Origin: an uncultured Nitrososphaerota archaeon
GTDB taxonomy: Archaea > Thermoproteota > Nitrososphaeria > Nitrososphaerales > Gagatemarchaeaceae
NCBI GenBank assembly: GCA_963718895.1
Contig: CAVRAG010000008.1
Span: 1,440,001 to 1,504,000 of the forward strand
Reading direction: 5' to 3'
DNA: 64,000 nt
The position numbers and the translations under genes are program-made. A model generated the notes under the pieces. That model saw only the letters and a program-made list of their open reading frames with translations. It searched no databases and was not told the DNA's origin. Shown piece by piece: positions 30,664-39,958 of the stretch (its first letter is position 1; the number at the start of each line of letters is the position of its first letter).

Positions 30664-31011
30664 GTGCGCGAACAAGATCCGGCGATGATGCGGATGTTCA
30701 TAGACTCCGCCAAGAGAATCTCGCTGGACTACGCTCGGGTCTCTCAGGCTCTCGACTCCAGGGAGACTGCTCGAAGCCTGAGCGCCCTCACTCACCCTGT
30801 GTCGCTCAATGGTGCGATCAGGACCGCGGGCGTGGCGCTGGCCCTTGCGCCGGAACCGTTCACCACGGCTGCCGGGCTCGCGATGATTGCTGGTTCGTGC
30901 CTTATGAAGAGTCGGGAGCCCGCCAGCCTGGCAGGCCTCGAACGGGAAGCCGCGTCGGTACTGGGAGACCTCTCTTCGCTGTCCCTCGCGGACCTGTCGA
31001 TCTCGCTGTAA
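30664..31011 (+). CDS. Hypothetical protein
   Basis: 115-aa ORF with a hydrophobic hairpin around LAPEPFT. Confidence 0.55.
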   Translation: MREQDPAMMRMFIDSAKRISLDYARVSQALDSRETARSLSALTHPVSLNGAIRTAGVALALAPEPFTTAAGLAMIAGSCLMKSREPASLAGLEREAASVLGDLSSLSLADLSISL

Positions 31012-31122
31012 CTTGCCGGTCTTCACATCAAGGCGGACTGATGACGCCTCACGTCGTGGGACCGGAGGAACTTGGTCCACGTGGTGCCGTGGCCTTTGAA
31101 GGCGGTGTTCCGCCGCAAAAAC

Positions 31123-31138
31123 GGTTCATTGCGCCTCC
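31123..31138 (+). repeat. Cassette repeat copy (core)
   Basis: GGTTCATTGCGCCTCC exact. Confidence 0.75.
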
Positions 31139-31823
31139 TTGAGTTGTAGGCAGATACTACACAGCAGCAAGCAGCAAAGGCTCGGCCGTGTCCCGGGCAT
31201 CGGACTGCTGTGGGAATCGTCCGAATCCTCCTGCCTGGGGTCTTCACCGTCGAGGAATCGAAGCTGCACGATTGAGGGCTTATGTCTGGGGACAGGTGCA
31301 TTGTCCTATGCCCTGCCGGCAGTCCATGCAATATGCAAGATCTCCCTCGAATGCCGCAGATCCGCCACAGGCCCCGCAAGTTGCCCCACGTGCTATCTCG
31401 CGACTCAAGAGAATGGATTCAATGTGTCCAAGCTTGGGGTTATAATAGAAGAAGGAACAATCTTCTGTTCGAGGCCTATTTTCCGGGCGAGAGTCAAATG
31501 TCTTGACTCAAGGCGCCCGTAGCCTCGGCCGCTTGGCGATGCCGAACGAAGGGCAGCCATGCAAGGGGTTATGATGCTACGAAATCTCTGGTGGTCCAGA
31601 TGTCGGGGCAGAATCGAGATCAGTGATGAGATTCGCGCCGGGTTGAACTGCAGGGCCACTTCGATGAAGTCGGAGGGCTTCGCTTCTCGAGCTATCAATG
31701 ACTTGGCTGCGATGAAAGATGAATCTGACCAAAAATGCCTGGTGGCCTGAGCCTGTGCTGCCCTCCATCAGGTCAGATACGCCTTCGCCGAGACTTCTCG
31801 CTCGCTCGAATCGGCGTCCAGTC

Positions 31824-32174
31824 CTACTGTTTCGGCGGGACGAAGGCACTTGGGTCGAAGATGGTCTGGATGGAGACGATCTTCCCGGCCCTGATCTGGT
31901 ACCACGAACACATGAACACGGTGGGTCCAGTCGTCTTCAGGTCGTATATCACGCACACGTCGTCTCCGTCAGCGAAGGCCTTCTTGATGTCATACTTCCC
32001 CCGATACTTCCTCAGCATATCGATGAAGTCGAGCGGCTTGCCGAAGGCCTCCCCGCCCGGGCCGCGAATCCGGACCTTGTCGTGCAGGTGCTCGAGCGCC
32101 GCGTCGTAGCGCTGATTGTCGAGAGCCTGGATGTATGACAGCACTACCTCTCGCGGACCGGTCCCGGTCGACAT
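31824..32174 (-). CDS. SnoaL/NTF2-like protein
   Basis: VVLSYIQAL...FADGDDVCVIYD...GKIVSIQTIFD. Confidence 0.85.
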   Translation of the reverse strand: MSTGTGPREVVLSYIQALDNQRYDAALEHLHDKVRIRGPGGEAFGKPLDFIDMLRKYRGKYDIKKAFADGDDVCVIYDLKTTGPTVFMCSWYQIRAGKIVSIQTIFDPSAFVPPKQ

Positions 32175-32219
32175 GTTGGTTCTACGGTCGCACAGGAGCG
32201 CAAAAACATTGCGGTGAAT

Positions 32220-32243
32220 GGTTCATTGCGCCTCCGCCTGGGC
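32220..32243 (+). repeat. Cassette repeat copy (core)
   Basis: GGTTCATTGCGCCTCCGCCTGGGC. Confidence 0.88.
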
Positions 32244-32253
32244 GCGACGGGCA

Positions 32254-32976
32254 TCAGACGGCCACAATCAGAGCTATCCCGAGTGCCGTCAGAAGGCCGA
32301 AGACGAGCAGCGGCAGACCAAGCACGTATCCCAGCGTCCTGTTCCTGAGCAGAGAGACACCGGACAGAATGAAGGCTGGGAGATACAGTCCCATGTCCAG
32401 TACGTGAATCGGGTTGACCGGCAGCCCGGCCTGAGTCACGCTTGATGGCACTGTCCCGTTGAGGAGCGCGGGTATGTCTTCGCTCAACCAGAGGAAGTAG
32501 AAAGAGACGCCGAGGAGTACGAGAACCAGACCCAACGCAATCCTGGACCTGGTCCCAATCGTGGACCTCTCCCTCACCCTCTCAAAGTCGACGCGGACGA
32601 CCCCGCCCAGGAAGGTGTACACGAGCAGGCCCAGCGCCGCCACGTAGAGCAAGAAGAGGTCGTTGAAGGATGAGGCGAAGGCGTAGATGACGAAAGCGTA
32701 GATGAGGAAGAGCAGCACTCCAGCCCATACTTGAAAGCCTCTCACGGACCTTCTGACCGTGAGATACGCTGCAACGAGGAGGATGACGACGGCAACGACG
32801 TTCGCCACGTCCTGTGCCCGGGCCTGCATCGCCCAGTTGGACGTGTCTCTGGCATAGGTGCTGGCCACGAAAATCCCCGAGGCGCTGGACACCAAGGTCA
32901 GAATCGAAATCAGGACCGTGGACCACAGGTAGATCTCTGGCACGGCGAACCCATCGCTTTGAGCTTCGGCCTTCAT
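32254..32976 (-). CDS. Multi-pass membrane protein
   Basis: About 7 TM helices; QARAQD and HVLDMG motifs. Confidence 0.85.
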   Translation of the reverse strand: MKAEAQSDGFAVPEIYLWSTVLISILTLVSSASGIFVASTYARDTSNWAMQARAQDVANVVAVVILLVAAYLTVRRSVRGFQVWAGVLLFLIYAFVIYAFASSFNDLFLLYVAALGLLVYTFLGGVVRVDFERVRERSTIGTRSRIALGLVLVLLGVSFYFLWLSEDIPALLNGTVPSSVTQAGLPVNPIHVLDMGLYLPAFILSGVSLLRNRTLGYVLGLPLLVFGLLTALGIALIVAV

Positions 32977-33474
32977 CTCGGTAGGCGGCCGAGAGTGGTG
33001 TGCTATAAGTCCGGACAGGGTCATTCTTCCCCTCAGAGGCACTCGGGCCAAGATCGAAGATATTCCTTGGTTGACGATGGTGTTTATGGCTAAACATCGC
33101 TGTGTAAGCTCCAACCTGAGACCGGAAAGATGTCGAACCTTCAGAATGCATGGGAATCGCAATCCGGATTACTGCGAATCACCCGGACGCGCCCTGTTGG
33201 CGCGATCTTGGTAGGATGAAACCAGGCGCCCGGTCCAGCTGGGAACCGAGGCGACCAGATAGGCGGTCGACCTGAGCGTCCGATAGAATGGTCGGCCCCC
33301 GCTCACCACAGCATAGAGAAACGCTTCCGAAATAGGGGAGTATTGAGATCGCAAGCGCCGGAGCAGCTAGGATGCTGACGCCCACGTCGCTGGTTCTGAC
33401 CGACCTGGTCGTGATACTCGTCTTGGGCTCGGTTTGCTTCATTCCGTTCACGCCCTTTGTCCGGGGGTTCGGCG

Positions 33475-33501
33475 GGCATAGCGTTCATTGCGCCCTGCCG
33501 G
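33475..33501 (+). repeat. Cassette repeat copy (degenerate)
   Basis: GGCATAGCGTTCATTGCGCCCTGCCGG. Confidence 0.7.
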
Positions 33502-33564
33502 ATCGAGTCTGTGCTTCACGAACGACCGTGGAGCTCATTAACCTTCGACGTCCCTAGGACAGCC

Positions 33565-34344
33565 ATGCAGCAGAAGTACACGACCGACATGTACGAAGGG
33601 ATGCTGGCGGAGACCGTGACGATTCGCGGTCATGGAGACGAGACGATCAACGCTTACTTCGCGCGCCCTCTCGGCCCCGGGCCGTTCCCCGGCGTGGTGC
33701 TGATCCACCACGCGCCAGGATGGGATGAGTTGTACAGGGAATTCACACGTAGGTTCGCCCACCGTGGGTATCTTGCAATCTCTCCGAACATCTACTTCAG
33801 GGTGGGGCACGGCTCCCCCGAAGATGTGGCCGCGATGGTCCGCTCGGCCGGAGGGCTGCCGGACGACCAGGTCGTCGGGGACGCGGTGGGCGCTGCGGCC
33901 TATCTCAGGTCCCTGCCCCAGAGCAACGGGAAGGTCGGAGGGTTCGGGACCTGCTCTGGTGGACGGCACGTGTACCTGGTTGCCTGCAGGACGAAGGCAT
34001 TTGACGCAATCGTGGACTGCTGGGGCGGCAGAGTAGTGATGACACCACAGGAACTCAATCCCAAGATGCCGGTCGCGCCGATTGTGTACACCAAGGATTT
34101 GGCCTGCCCCGTCCTCGGACTCTTCGGGAAAGACGACCAGTCACCCAGCCCTGAGCAGGTGGCGAAACAGGAGGAGGAGCTGAAGAAGTACGGGAAGTCC
34201 TATGAGTTCCACATGTACGATGGGGCGGGTCACGGCTTCTTCTACTATGACAGGGCAGCCTACAGGCAGGAGCAAGCCGTCGACGGGTGGAAGAAGGTCT
34301 TCGCGTTCTTCGAGAAGAACCTCGGGGCGGCGGGCTCGCGTTAG
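33565..34344 (+). CDS. Dienelactone hydrolase family protein
   Basis: GTCSGG nucleophile, DDQSP, AGHGFF. Confidence 0.93.
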   Translation: MQQKYTTDMYEGMLAETVTIRGHGDETINAYFARPLGPGPFPGVVLIHHAPGWDELYREFTRRFAHRGYLAISPNIYFRVGHGSPEDVAAMVRSAGGLPDDQVVGDAVGAAAYLRSLPQSNGKVGGFGTCSGGRHVYLVACRTKAFDAIVDCWGGRVVMTPQELNPKMPVAPIVYTKDLACPVLGLFGKDDQSPSPEQVAKQEEELKKYGKSYEFHMYDGAGHGFFYYDRAAYRQEQAVDGWKKVFAFFEKNLGAAGSR

Positions 34345-34358
34345 GAGGGCGAGAGACC

Positions 34359-34649
34359 GTGTGTACAGGCAAAGTCGAGACGGCACAGGCATCGGGCAGC
34401 GGCAAGGGGACAGAGGGCTGGTTCAAGCTTGAGAAACTCAGCGTAACCTACGACTGCTCGTATCATACGTCCATGGCGCAAGCCATCAATGTTGAACTGT
34501 TCAGCGAGACTGAGGGACCCTCTGCACGGGTTGCCGTAGAGTTGGCCCCGACTTCGGCGATGGAGCTGGTCCGCGCCATCCTTGCTTCGCTTGCCAAGGC
34601 CGGTCTCGACCCCGGAGAGGTCGCCCTGGGGGCCACTGCTACCCCGTGA
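34359..34649 (+). CDS. DUF6295-like protein
   Basis: GTG start; GSGKGTEGWF...GPSARVAVEL. Confidence 0.75.
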   Translation: MCTGKVETAQASGSGKGTEGWFKLEKLSVTYDCSYHTSMAQAINVELFSETEGPSARVAVELAPTSAMELVRAILASLAKAGLDPGEVALGATATP

Positions 34650-34685
34650 GAGCGCAGCACGAGGTTCTGGGATGTGTTCTGAGCC

Positions 34686-34726
34686 GATTGCACATCCGCC
34701 GGTCCACTTCATCCACATGATTAGCT
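34686..34726 (+). repeat. Cassette repeat copy (right arm kept)
   Basis: GATTGCACATCCGCCGGTCCACTTCATCCACATGATTAGCT. Confidence 0.8.
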
Positions 34727-34801
34727 AACGGAGAGCGTTCACCGACGCGGTGCGATAGGTGAATCGGCATGACCATGATTTTACGCCTGCTGCCTCCGCT
34801 G

Positions 34802-35647
34802 CTAGTCGACGTTGAAGTACCAGAATACCGCGCCGTTGTTCGATGACCCGTGGGCATTACCCCCGCGGGCGGCGTGTACCGACACGATTACCGGGACCGC
34901 CGCGGTCCAGGAGTAGCCCACGGTGCCCTGCTGACCGCTGCAGGTTATCTGCACGACCGAGGACTGGGGGTTTGGCGCCTCGAAGGCGAGTGTGAGATTG
35001 TGAGATTGGGCGTCGACGGTCGCGATCACTGTGTAGGTGTAGTTCACGGCCTGACTCCCCTTGCAGAGTCCCGTTATCGAGTACCCGATGGTCCCCTCCC
35101 CGGTCACGACGGCAGACCCTTTGCTGACGTCGGCGATGAACTTACCAGAACCTTGTATTGTGGTGGTCGATCCTGAGGAACTCGAGTTCTGGGTGTAGCC
35201 GAAAGTGACGTTGTAGACGCCGAATTGGCTCGTGCTCGACGTACTCGTGGAAGTCGGGGTGCCGGAGGATGACGACTGGGTCGAACTCGGGACTGTGAAG
35301 GTCAAGCTGGAGCTCGAGGTGCTCGTTGCCAGCGACGAAGACGACTGGGTGGCTGTCTGGGATGAAGACTGGGATGAAATCTGCGACGAGCTCTGGCCGC
35401 TCGAGGACGAACTTCCCTGGCTGCTCGTTCCGCTCCCGCCCACCGAGACGCATGGCAGAGTTGTGGTGGTGGTCGTCGAGCCCAACGGGATTGTAAGGAC
35501 GGTCGAGCATGTCGTCGTCTGGGACGAGTTCTGGGAGGCCGTCACGAAGAGGAAGTACGCTGCTGCCGCAGCTGCGATCAGGAGGATTGCGATGAGGGCA
35601 ATCGCTATTGCCGTTATCCCTCTCCTGCCCTCGACTAACAAAATCAC
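34802..35647 (-). CDS. Ser/Thr-rich surface protein with class III (pilin-like) signal peptide
   Basis: RRG/ITAIAIALIAILLIAAAAAAYF followed by low-complexity linker. Confidence 0.75.
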   Translation of the reverse strand: MILLVEGRRGITAIAIALIAILLIAAAAAAYFLFVTASQNSSQTTTCSTVLTIPLGSTTTTTTLPCVSVGGSGTSSQGSSSSSGQSSSQISSQSSSQTATQSSSSLATSTSSSSLTFTVPSSTQSSSSGTPTSTSTSSTSQFGVYNVTFGYTQNSSSSGSTTTIQGSGKFIADVSKGSAVVTGEGTIGYSITGLCKGSQAVNYTYTVIATVDAQSHNLTLAFEAPNPQSSVVQITCSGQQGTVGYSWTAAVPVIVSVHAARGGNAHGSSNNGAVFWYFNVD

Positions 35648-35998
35648 GTAGTCGGCATATCCAGCCCACTCCAGGGAAATAAGTCTTTGATTCCCGGCGT
35701 CGGTTTTTCAGGGGTGAACGGAACCCCAGGAGGCCTCCAGGAGGACGAGATGACTGTCTCCTTCGCCTCGATGAGCGGGTCGGCCTTCTCGAGATGGACC
35801 AGGATTCGTCTCTCATTGCCAGCCGTGCACCCTCTCGGTCCCCATGATTCGATCATGATCTCTGCTGTAGCATGTATCTCAGCCTTCTACGCGGTCCATG
35901 GTTTTGGGAGGAGTCGGCGGTGCAATCGAATCGGTCTGAACCCGGGAGGTCCAGAATCTTCAGCCGATTGTCGTCCTAAGATGCCGAAGAAGACAAGT

Positions 35999-36033
35999 GC
36001 CATGTTAGGCTTCATCGCGCCTCCGTCGGGGAA
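35999..36033 (+). repeat. Cassette repeat copy (supplies vapC stop codon)
   Basis: GCCATGTTAGGCTTCATCGCGCCTCCGTCGGGGAA. Confidence 0.85.
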
Positions 36034-36446
36034 TGATTCGGTACGGGAATGTACACGGCTTCCCGTCCTAAGGCGTTCTTGATGGTCGAGTCTGTCGTGA
36101 TGAGGATCGGTGCGGTGGCTTCTCTCGTGGCGAGGGCGAAGCAATCTGCGAGCGAAAGTTCTCTCTTCTTGACCTTCCAAAGGGCCGCCTGTCTTGTGAT
36201 CTGCACCTCGGGCGCGACGACCTTAATCCTGGAGCTGCGAACCTGAAGATACCAGACCTCGGCCGTTTCGACCCCCTTCTTCTCGGCAGTCTTGTAGTAG
36301 AACTCGGCGAGATTCACCTCAGAGACGAAACCGCGTGCCTTTCCTGAAAGGACCCTATCAAAGTAGGGCTTCACAGATGTCGCTCCAGCATAGTAAAGGG
36401 AAAGCGCCCCCGCGTCCAGCGCGTAGCTACGCGCGCTCAGACTCAA
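36012..36446 (-). CDS. vapC: VapC PIN-domain toxin
   Basis: YALDAG, NLAEFYY, SLADCF, LITTD; TTG start overlaps antitoxin. Confidence 0.9.
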   Translation of the reverse strand: MSLSARSYALDAGALSLYYAGATSVKPYFDRVLSGKARGFVSEVNLAEFYYKTAEKKGVETAEVWYLQVRSSRIKVVAPEVQITRQAALWKVKKRELSLADCFALATREATAPILITTDSTIKNALGREAVYIPVPNHSPTEAR

Positions 36447-36660
36447 CTTCCTTTCTCCGATCCCTCGATATTTCGAGCGCAACCTCCAGCATCTCGTCTC
36501 CTCCTGCCCCAAAACTCTCTTCCATCGAAAGAGAGGGCTCGAGAAGAATTCGTCCTCCTTCATCTCTGATTATCACGGCGCGGCCGATCTTGAACTTCCT
36601 TCTGAGATACGCGGGGATGACCACCTGTCCCTTGGAAGACACGGGAACGACCTTTTCCAT
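36427..36660 (-). CDS. AbrB/MazE-type antitoxin
   Basis: VSSKGQVVIPAYLR. Confidence 0.92.
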   Translation of the reverse strand: MEKVVPVSSKGQVVIPAYLRRKFKIGRAVIIRDEGGRILLEPSLSMEESFGAGGDEMLEVALEISRDRRKEVESERA

Positions 36661-36691
36661 GAAATCCGAGAAAGTAGGGCTTGTTTAAGTG

Positions 36692-36738
36692 TTTTACTTC
36701 CGTAGAGTTTTACTTCTAGAGCGATTTTACTTCCAGAG
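36692..36738. promoter_or_regulatory. Three direct repeats upstream of the AbrB-VapC operon (putative operator)
   Basis: TTTTACTTC(N1-3)AGAG at 36692, 36708 and 36725. Confidence 0.55.
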
Positions 36739-36749
36739 TCCGGTTCGAG

Positions 36750-36765
36750 AGGGTTCATTGCGCCT
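36750..36765 (+). repeat. Cassette repeat copy (core; supplies stop of Zn-ribbon gene)
   Basis: AGGGTTCATTGCGCCT. Confidence 0.75.
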
Positions 36766-37273
36766 GATGATCAGCTAAATTCTGAACTAACTCCCTGGAG
36801 AGCAAACATGTCTGCTCGAGCGTCAAACTCGATATGCTCTTGTCCAAGTCGGGAGACCCCTTCACAGCTGTCTGAAGTTCGAATCGGTCTCCCCCTGTTA
36901 TCACGCTCCAAGAGCTTTCTGGGTTCGAAATTCGTCCATACATGTTTGCGAGGGCGATGAACCTGTTTCTCACCGCACGCGAGTAGGTTTCGTTCTCCAT
37001 CAGCGCCAGGAGTCCGATGCCTGTCTGAGTTGATTCGCAGAGATACTTGAGAGCGGCAATCACGGCAAGGGGCTTCTCTCCCCTGAGGCCGAAACGTGCC
37101 TGCGACGACAGCATCTCGATGAAACGTCTGACATTATCTTCTGCAGCAGCAGGATCCATCCTGAGATCATTCGGACCTGCGCCCTGAACCCGTATCGTCG
37201 TGTTGCATCTGGGGCAGATGAGTTGGGCAGAATAAGCTTTCATTCGCGAGCCGCAGGACGGGCAGAAGTTCAA
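36755..37273 (-). CDS. Zn-ribbon hypothetical protein
   Basis: FCPSCG...ICPRC N-terminus. Confidence 0.7.
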   Translation of the reverse strand: MNFCPSCGSRMKAYSAQLICPRCNTTIRVQGAGPNDLRMDPAAAEDNVRRFIEMLSSQARFGLRGEKPLAVIAALKYLCESTQTGIGLLALMENETYSRAVRNRFIALANMYGRISNPESSWSVITGGDRFELQTAVKGSPDLDKSISSLTLEQTCLLSRELVQNLADHQAQ

Positions 37274-37381
37274 GGGCTTGAATCACTGTCTCCTGCCGTC
37301 CATAAATGATTTTTCTACATGCGCGCGAGACTCAGGGCCTCTAGCCATTTCTTGCTCTTGCACCTCCATAGAAGGTGTTGT

Positions 37382-37438
37382 GCCCTGCCAGGGTGTTCGT
37401 TGCGCCTCAGCCGCGACTCTTCATCAACGCGGGTTGGA
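37382..37438 (+). repeat. Cassette repeat copy (degenerate, full length)
   Basis: GGGTGTTCGTTGCGCCTCAGCCGCGACTCTTCATCAACGCGGGTTGG. Confidence 0.7.
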
Positions 37439-37443
37439 GATGG

Positions 37444-37863
37444 TCAGGCTCCGAGCCACACCGTTTCGGGAAGGGCCTTGAAATGCTCGTCACCCGTGAC
37501 GACTCTCGCCTTGTTCCTCTTTGCCGATGCAAGGACGATTCCATCAAAAAGACTGGGTTTTCTCAGGCCTGAAGAGGAAGCCCTCCTGTCGAGCTTGACG
37601 GTGGCCTTGGCCGCCTCTAGGGCTAGGTCGGCATCGATGCAAACGATCTCTGAAGTCTCGAGTATTGTGGCCAGCCGCTTCCGGACGGTCGACTCGGCTG
37701 CACCTTCGCGAACATACTTCCTCGCCACCTCGGCAAGGACGGTGCCAGGCGTCAGCACATTTTCGGCATCTTCGATGACTCTCTTGGCCCTCTGCCCTGT
37801 CTCACTGCCCAGGAAGACCTCTATCCAGGCATAGGCGTCAACTACGATCTTCGTCACGATCAT
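37444..37863 (-). CDS. vapC: VapC PIN-domain toxin
   Basis: VVDAYAWIE, VLAEV, SLFDG, VTGDEHF. Confidence 0.93.
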   Translation of the reverse strand: MIVTKIVVDAYAWIEVFLGSETGQRAKRVIEDAENVLTPGTVLAEVARKYVREGAAESTVRKRLATILETSEIVCIDADLALEAAKATVKLDRRASSSGLRKPSLFDGIVLASAKRNKARVVTGDEHFKALPETVWLGA

Positions 37864-38044
37864 CCTCTGTGAAGGGAGTCACCTTTCCGCTGTCCGCGCC
37901 GAACGCCTCCTCGAGGAGCGCCTTGCGGTGCCGCACGACCAGCATTCGTATGGTCTCCTCCAGGGTTCTGGCGTGTATACCCTTCTGCAGCGCTGCCAGC
38001 TCGCGAGCTGTGTCCTTAGAGACTTTTACGGTGGTCGCATCCAT
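37838..38044 (-). CDS. VapB-type (RHH-like) antitoxin
   Basis: TTVKVSKDT; overlaps vapC start. Confidence 0.85.
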   Translation of the reverse strand: MDATTVKVSKDTARELAALQKGIHARTLEETIRMLVVRHRKALLEEAFGADSGKVTPFTEDDRDEDRS

Positions 38045-38177
38045 GCTGAGTATACAGTATACTGGAATATTAAAGCATCCCTGGCTCAAGCGCGTAGGGA
38101 TTCACATAGCGTGTTCGGCGGACTTCCTGAGCAAATCCGTATTACATTTATATACATCTTGGCGTCATACAAATCCA

Positions 38178-38435
38178 ATGCCGGTGGTGACGGTTCGCGT
38201 ACCCGAGGCGCACAAGCGGAAGATGGACGAGCTAAGAGAAGTCAACTGGAGCGAGGTGATCCGGAGAGCGATAGAGGCGAAGATCGAGGAGGAAGAGACG
38301 TGGCACCGTATCGACGCCGCCAGGCTGAGGAAGGCAGGGACCTCGACCGACGAATTGAGGCGGAAGGTCGAAGGGTGGGATAGCCTCTCAGAGATAAGGA
38401 AGTGGCGCAGGTCTCATGGTGACAGTGGTAGCTGA
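38178..38435 (+). CDS. VapB-type (RHH/CopG) antitoxin
   Basis: MPVVTVRVPE...VNWSEVIRRAIE. Confidence 0.88.
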   Translation: MPVVTVRVPEAHKRKMDELREVNWSEVIRRAIEAKIEEEETWHRIDAARLRKAGTSTDELRRKVEGWDSLSEIRKWRRSHGDSGS

Positions 38436-38877
38436 CGCCTCGGTCATAGTGAAGTGGTTCGTCGAAGAAGACCACTCGGAGACCTCATTGCGGATGAGAG
38501 ACGACTATGTCGCCCAGAGGACCACGATCATCGTTCCCGCCGTCGCTCAGTTCGAGGTGCTGAACGCCCTTCGCTACTCTGGAGGTTTTGGTACGGATGA
38601 CCTGCTCGAAGTGGCCCGGACGCTCGACGGCTATCAGTTCATGGAGGTCATGCTGCACGGCGACTATTCGGGGAAGGCCGTCAAGATTGCCATGGACCTG
38701 GGCATAACGGTGTACGATGCATCCTACCTTGCGCTGGGAGAGGTACGCGGAATCGATGTGTTCACCGCCGACGAGGAACTCCTCAAAAAGGCCCGGAAGA
38801 AGCTAGCTTTCGTGCGGCATGTGAAAGATTACACCTTTCCTAAAACAGACGGCGAAGAGAACAGCACATCCCCATAG
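38416..38877 (+). CDS. vapC: VapC PIN-domain toxin
   Basis: VADASVIVKWF, EVLNAL, TVYDASY, FTADE. Confidence 0.93.
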   Translation: MVTVVADASVIVKWFVEEDHSETSLRMRDDYVAQRTTIIVPAVAQFEVLNALRYSGGFGTDDLLEVARTLDGYQFMEVMLHGDYSGKAVKIAMDLGITVYDASYLALGEVRGIDVFTADEELLKKARKKLAFVRHVKDYTFPKTDGEENSTSP

Positions 38878-38900
38878 AGTCGTCAGGATGATTTAATCCC

Positions 38901-38945
38901 TGGGGTTTATTGCGCCTCCGCCGGGAATCTCATCCAGCGGTTAGT
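38901..38945 (+). repeat. Cassette repeat copy
   Basis: TGGGGTTTATTGCGCCTCCGCCGGGAATCTCATCCAGCGGTTAGT. Confidence 0.85.
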
Positions 38946-39080
38946 GAGAGCGATACAAGTCGGTCTGACCGTATTCAGGTTGCGAACGGCGGACTACAGG
39001 AATCTCCGGCCCGAGCGGGGAAGCTCGGGTTCAGCTCGTCGGCGCTTCAACTCGCTCACTCGCCAATTGGGCTACCAGCG

Positions 39081-39563
39081 TCATTCTTGCCGTCTTTTGC
39101 GGGCGAACGCTCGAAGCATCGGGATGTCTTCCTGGAAGGCCTTCGCCAGCGTCTCCCTCAGCTTATCCGCGACCGCCTTCGGGGCACGCACGTAGACGTC
39201 GATTCCGGTCTTGTTCCCTTTGGGGGTGTAGAGGAAGACCATCTTCAAGCCTGCATAGGCTCCCTCGAACTCCTCGCTGATGCGGGCCAAGGGAGGAATG
39301 GTCGTGATCCGTGCTTTCATCTTCATCCATCGCCCTCCCCTCACCACTTCGCAGGTCGCCTCGTCGGTTATTTCGTTCACTTCCTTCCACTTCATGTTTC
39401 GCAGACTCCCGCGGTGGGCCCGAGGGTGGAACTCGTTGTCGTTCATGATGAAATCCCAGACGACGTCGATCGGGGCATCGTATACGCTTCCTTTGTCCTC
39501 GAAGTATACGAAGTCCGCGGAGTCCCCAGCCTTTGTGGAACGGGTAGGCATGGTTGGCATCAT
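39081..39563 (-). CDS. SRPBCC-like hypothetical protein
   Basis: YDAPIDVVWDF motif. Confidence 0.65.
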   Translation of the reverse strand: MMPTMPTRSTKAGDSADFVYFEDKGSVYDAPIDVVWDFIMNDNEFHPRAHRGSLRNMKWKEVNEITDEATCEVVRGGRWMKMKARITTIPPLARISEEFEGAYAGLKMVFLYTPKGNKTGIDVYVRAPKAVADKLRETLAKAFQEDIPMLRAFARKRRQE

Positions 39564-39612
39564 AATCGTGTACGACAAATAAAGGGTGTGACAGATTGGT
39601 CGGCAATCAGTT

Positions 39613-39668
39613 GCCGTGCATAGGGTTCGTTGTGTCTCCGCCGGGCCATTTCATCCACATGTTGGGCT
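39613..39668 (+). repeat. Cassette repeat copy (full length)
   Basis: GCCGTGCATAGGGTTCGTTGTGTCTCCGCCGGGCCATTTCATCCACATGTTGGGCT. Confidence 0.95.
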
Positions 39669-39694
39669 CAGTCAGTGGACTTGAAATGTCGTCT

Positions 39695-39958
39695 TCACGT
39701 CCGGTAGACGCGGTCATGGTGTTCATAGTCCTCGAGGACTATTGTCTTCCTCGCCTCGTCGATCGAAAAGAGTAAGACATAGCTGCCGATGTGGACCCTC
39801 CTCAGTCCAGCGAGCGGGAAGCGGAGCGGCTTGTACGCGTGTGGATCTTCGGCTATCTCCTGAACCTTCTTCGCGACCGCTTCCATCTGCCTAGAGTCTT
39901 TCTTGGTCAGCTTCCTGAACGCCTTATCGAGATGCTCCCTGATCTCGATGTCGTACAT
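39695..39958 (-). CDS. relE: RelE/ParE (YafQ-like) toxin
   Basis: YKPLRFPLAGLRRVHIGSYVLLF...HHDRVY. Confidence 0.9.
   Translation of the reverse strand: MYDIEIREHLDKAFRKLTKKDSRQMEAVAKKVQEIAEDPHAYKPLRFPLAGLRRVHIGSYVLLFSIDEARKTIVLEDYEHHDRVYRT

Noticed and set aside
33169-33451. Short overlapping ORFs between the membrane gene and the repeat at 33475
   Set aside because: No recognisable family; at most a decayed small membrane gene.
35232-35480. Ser/Thr low-complexity tracts as DNA tandem repeats (also 24240-24420, 59900-60040)
   Set aside because: Protein-level linkers of surface proteins without regular nucleotide periodicity.
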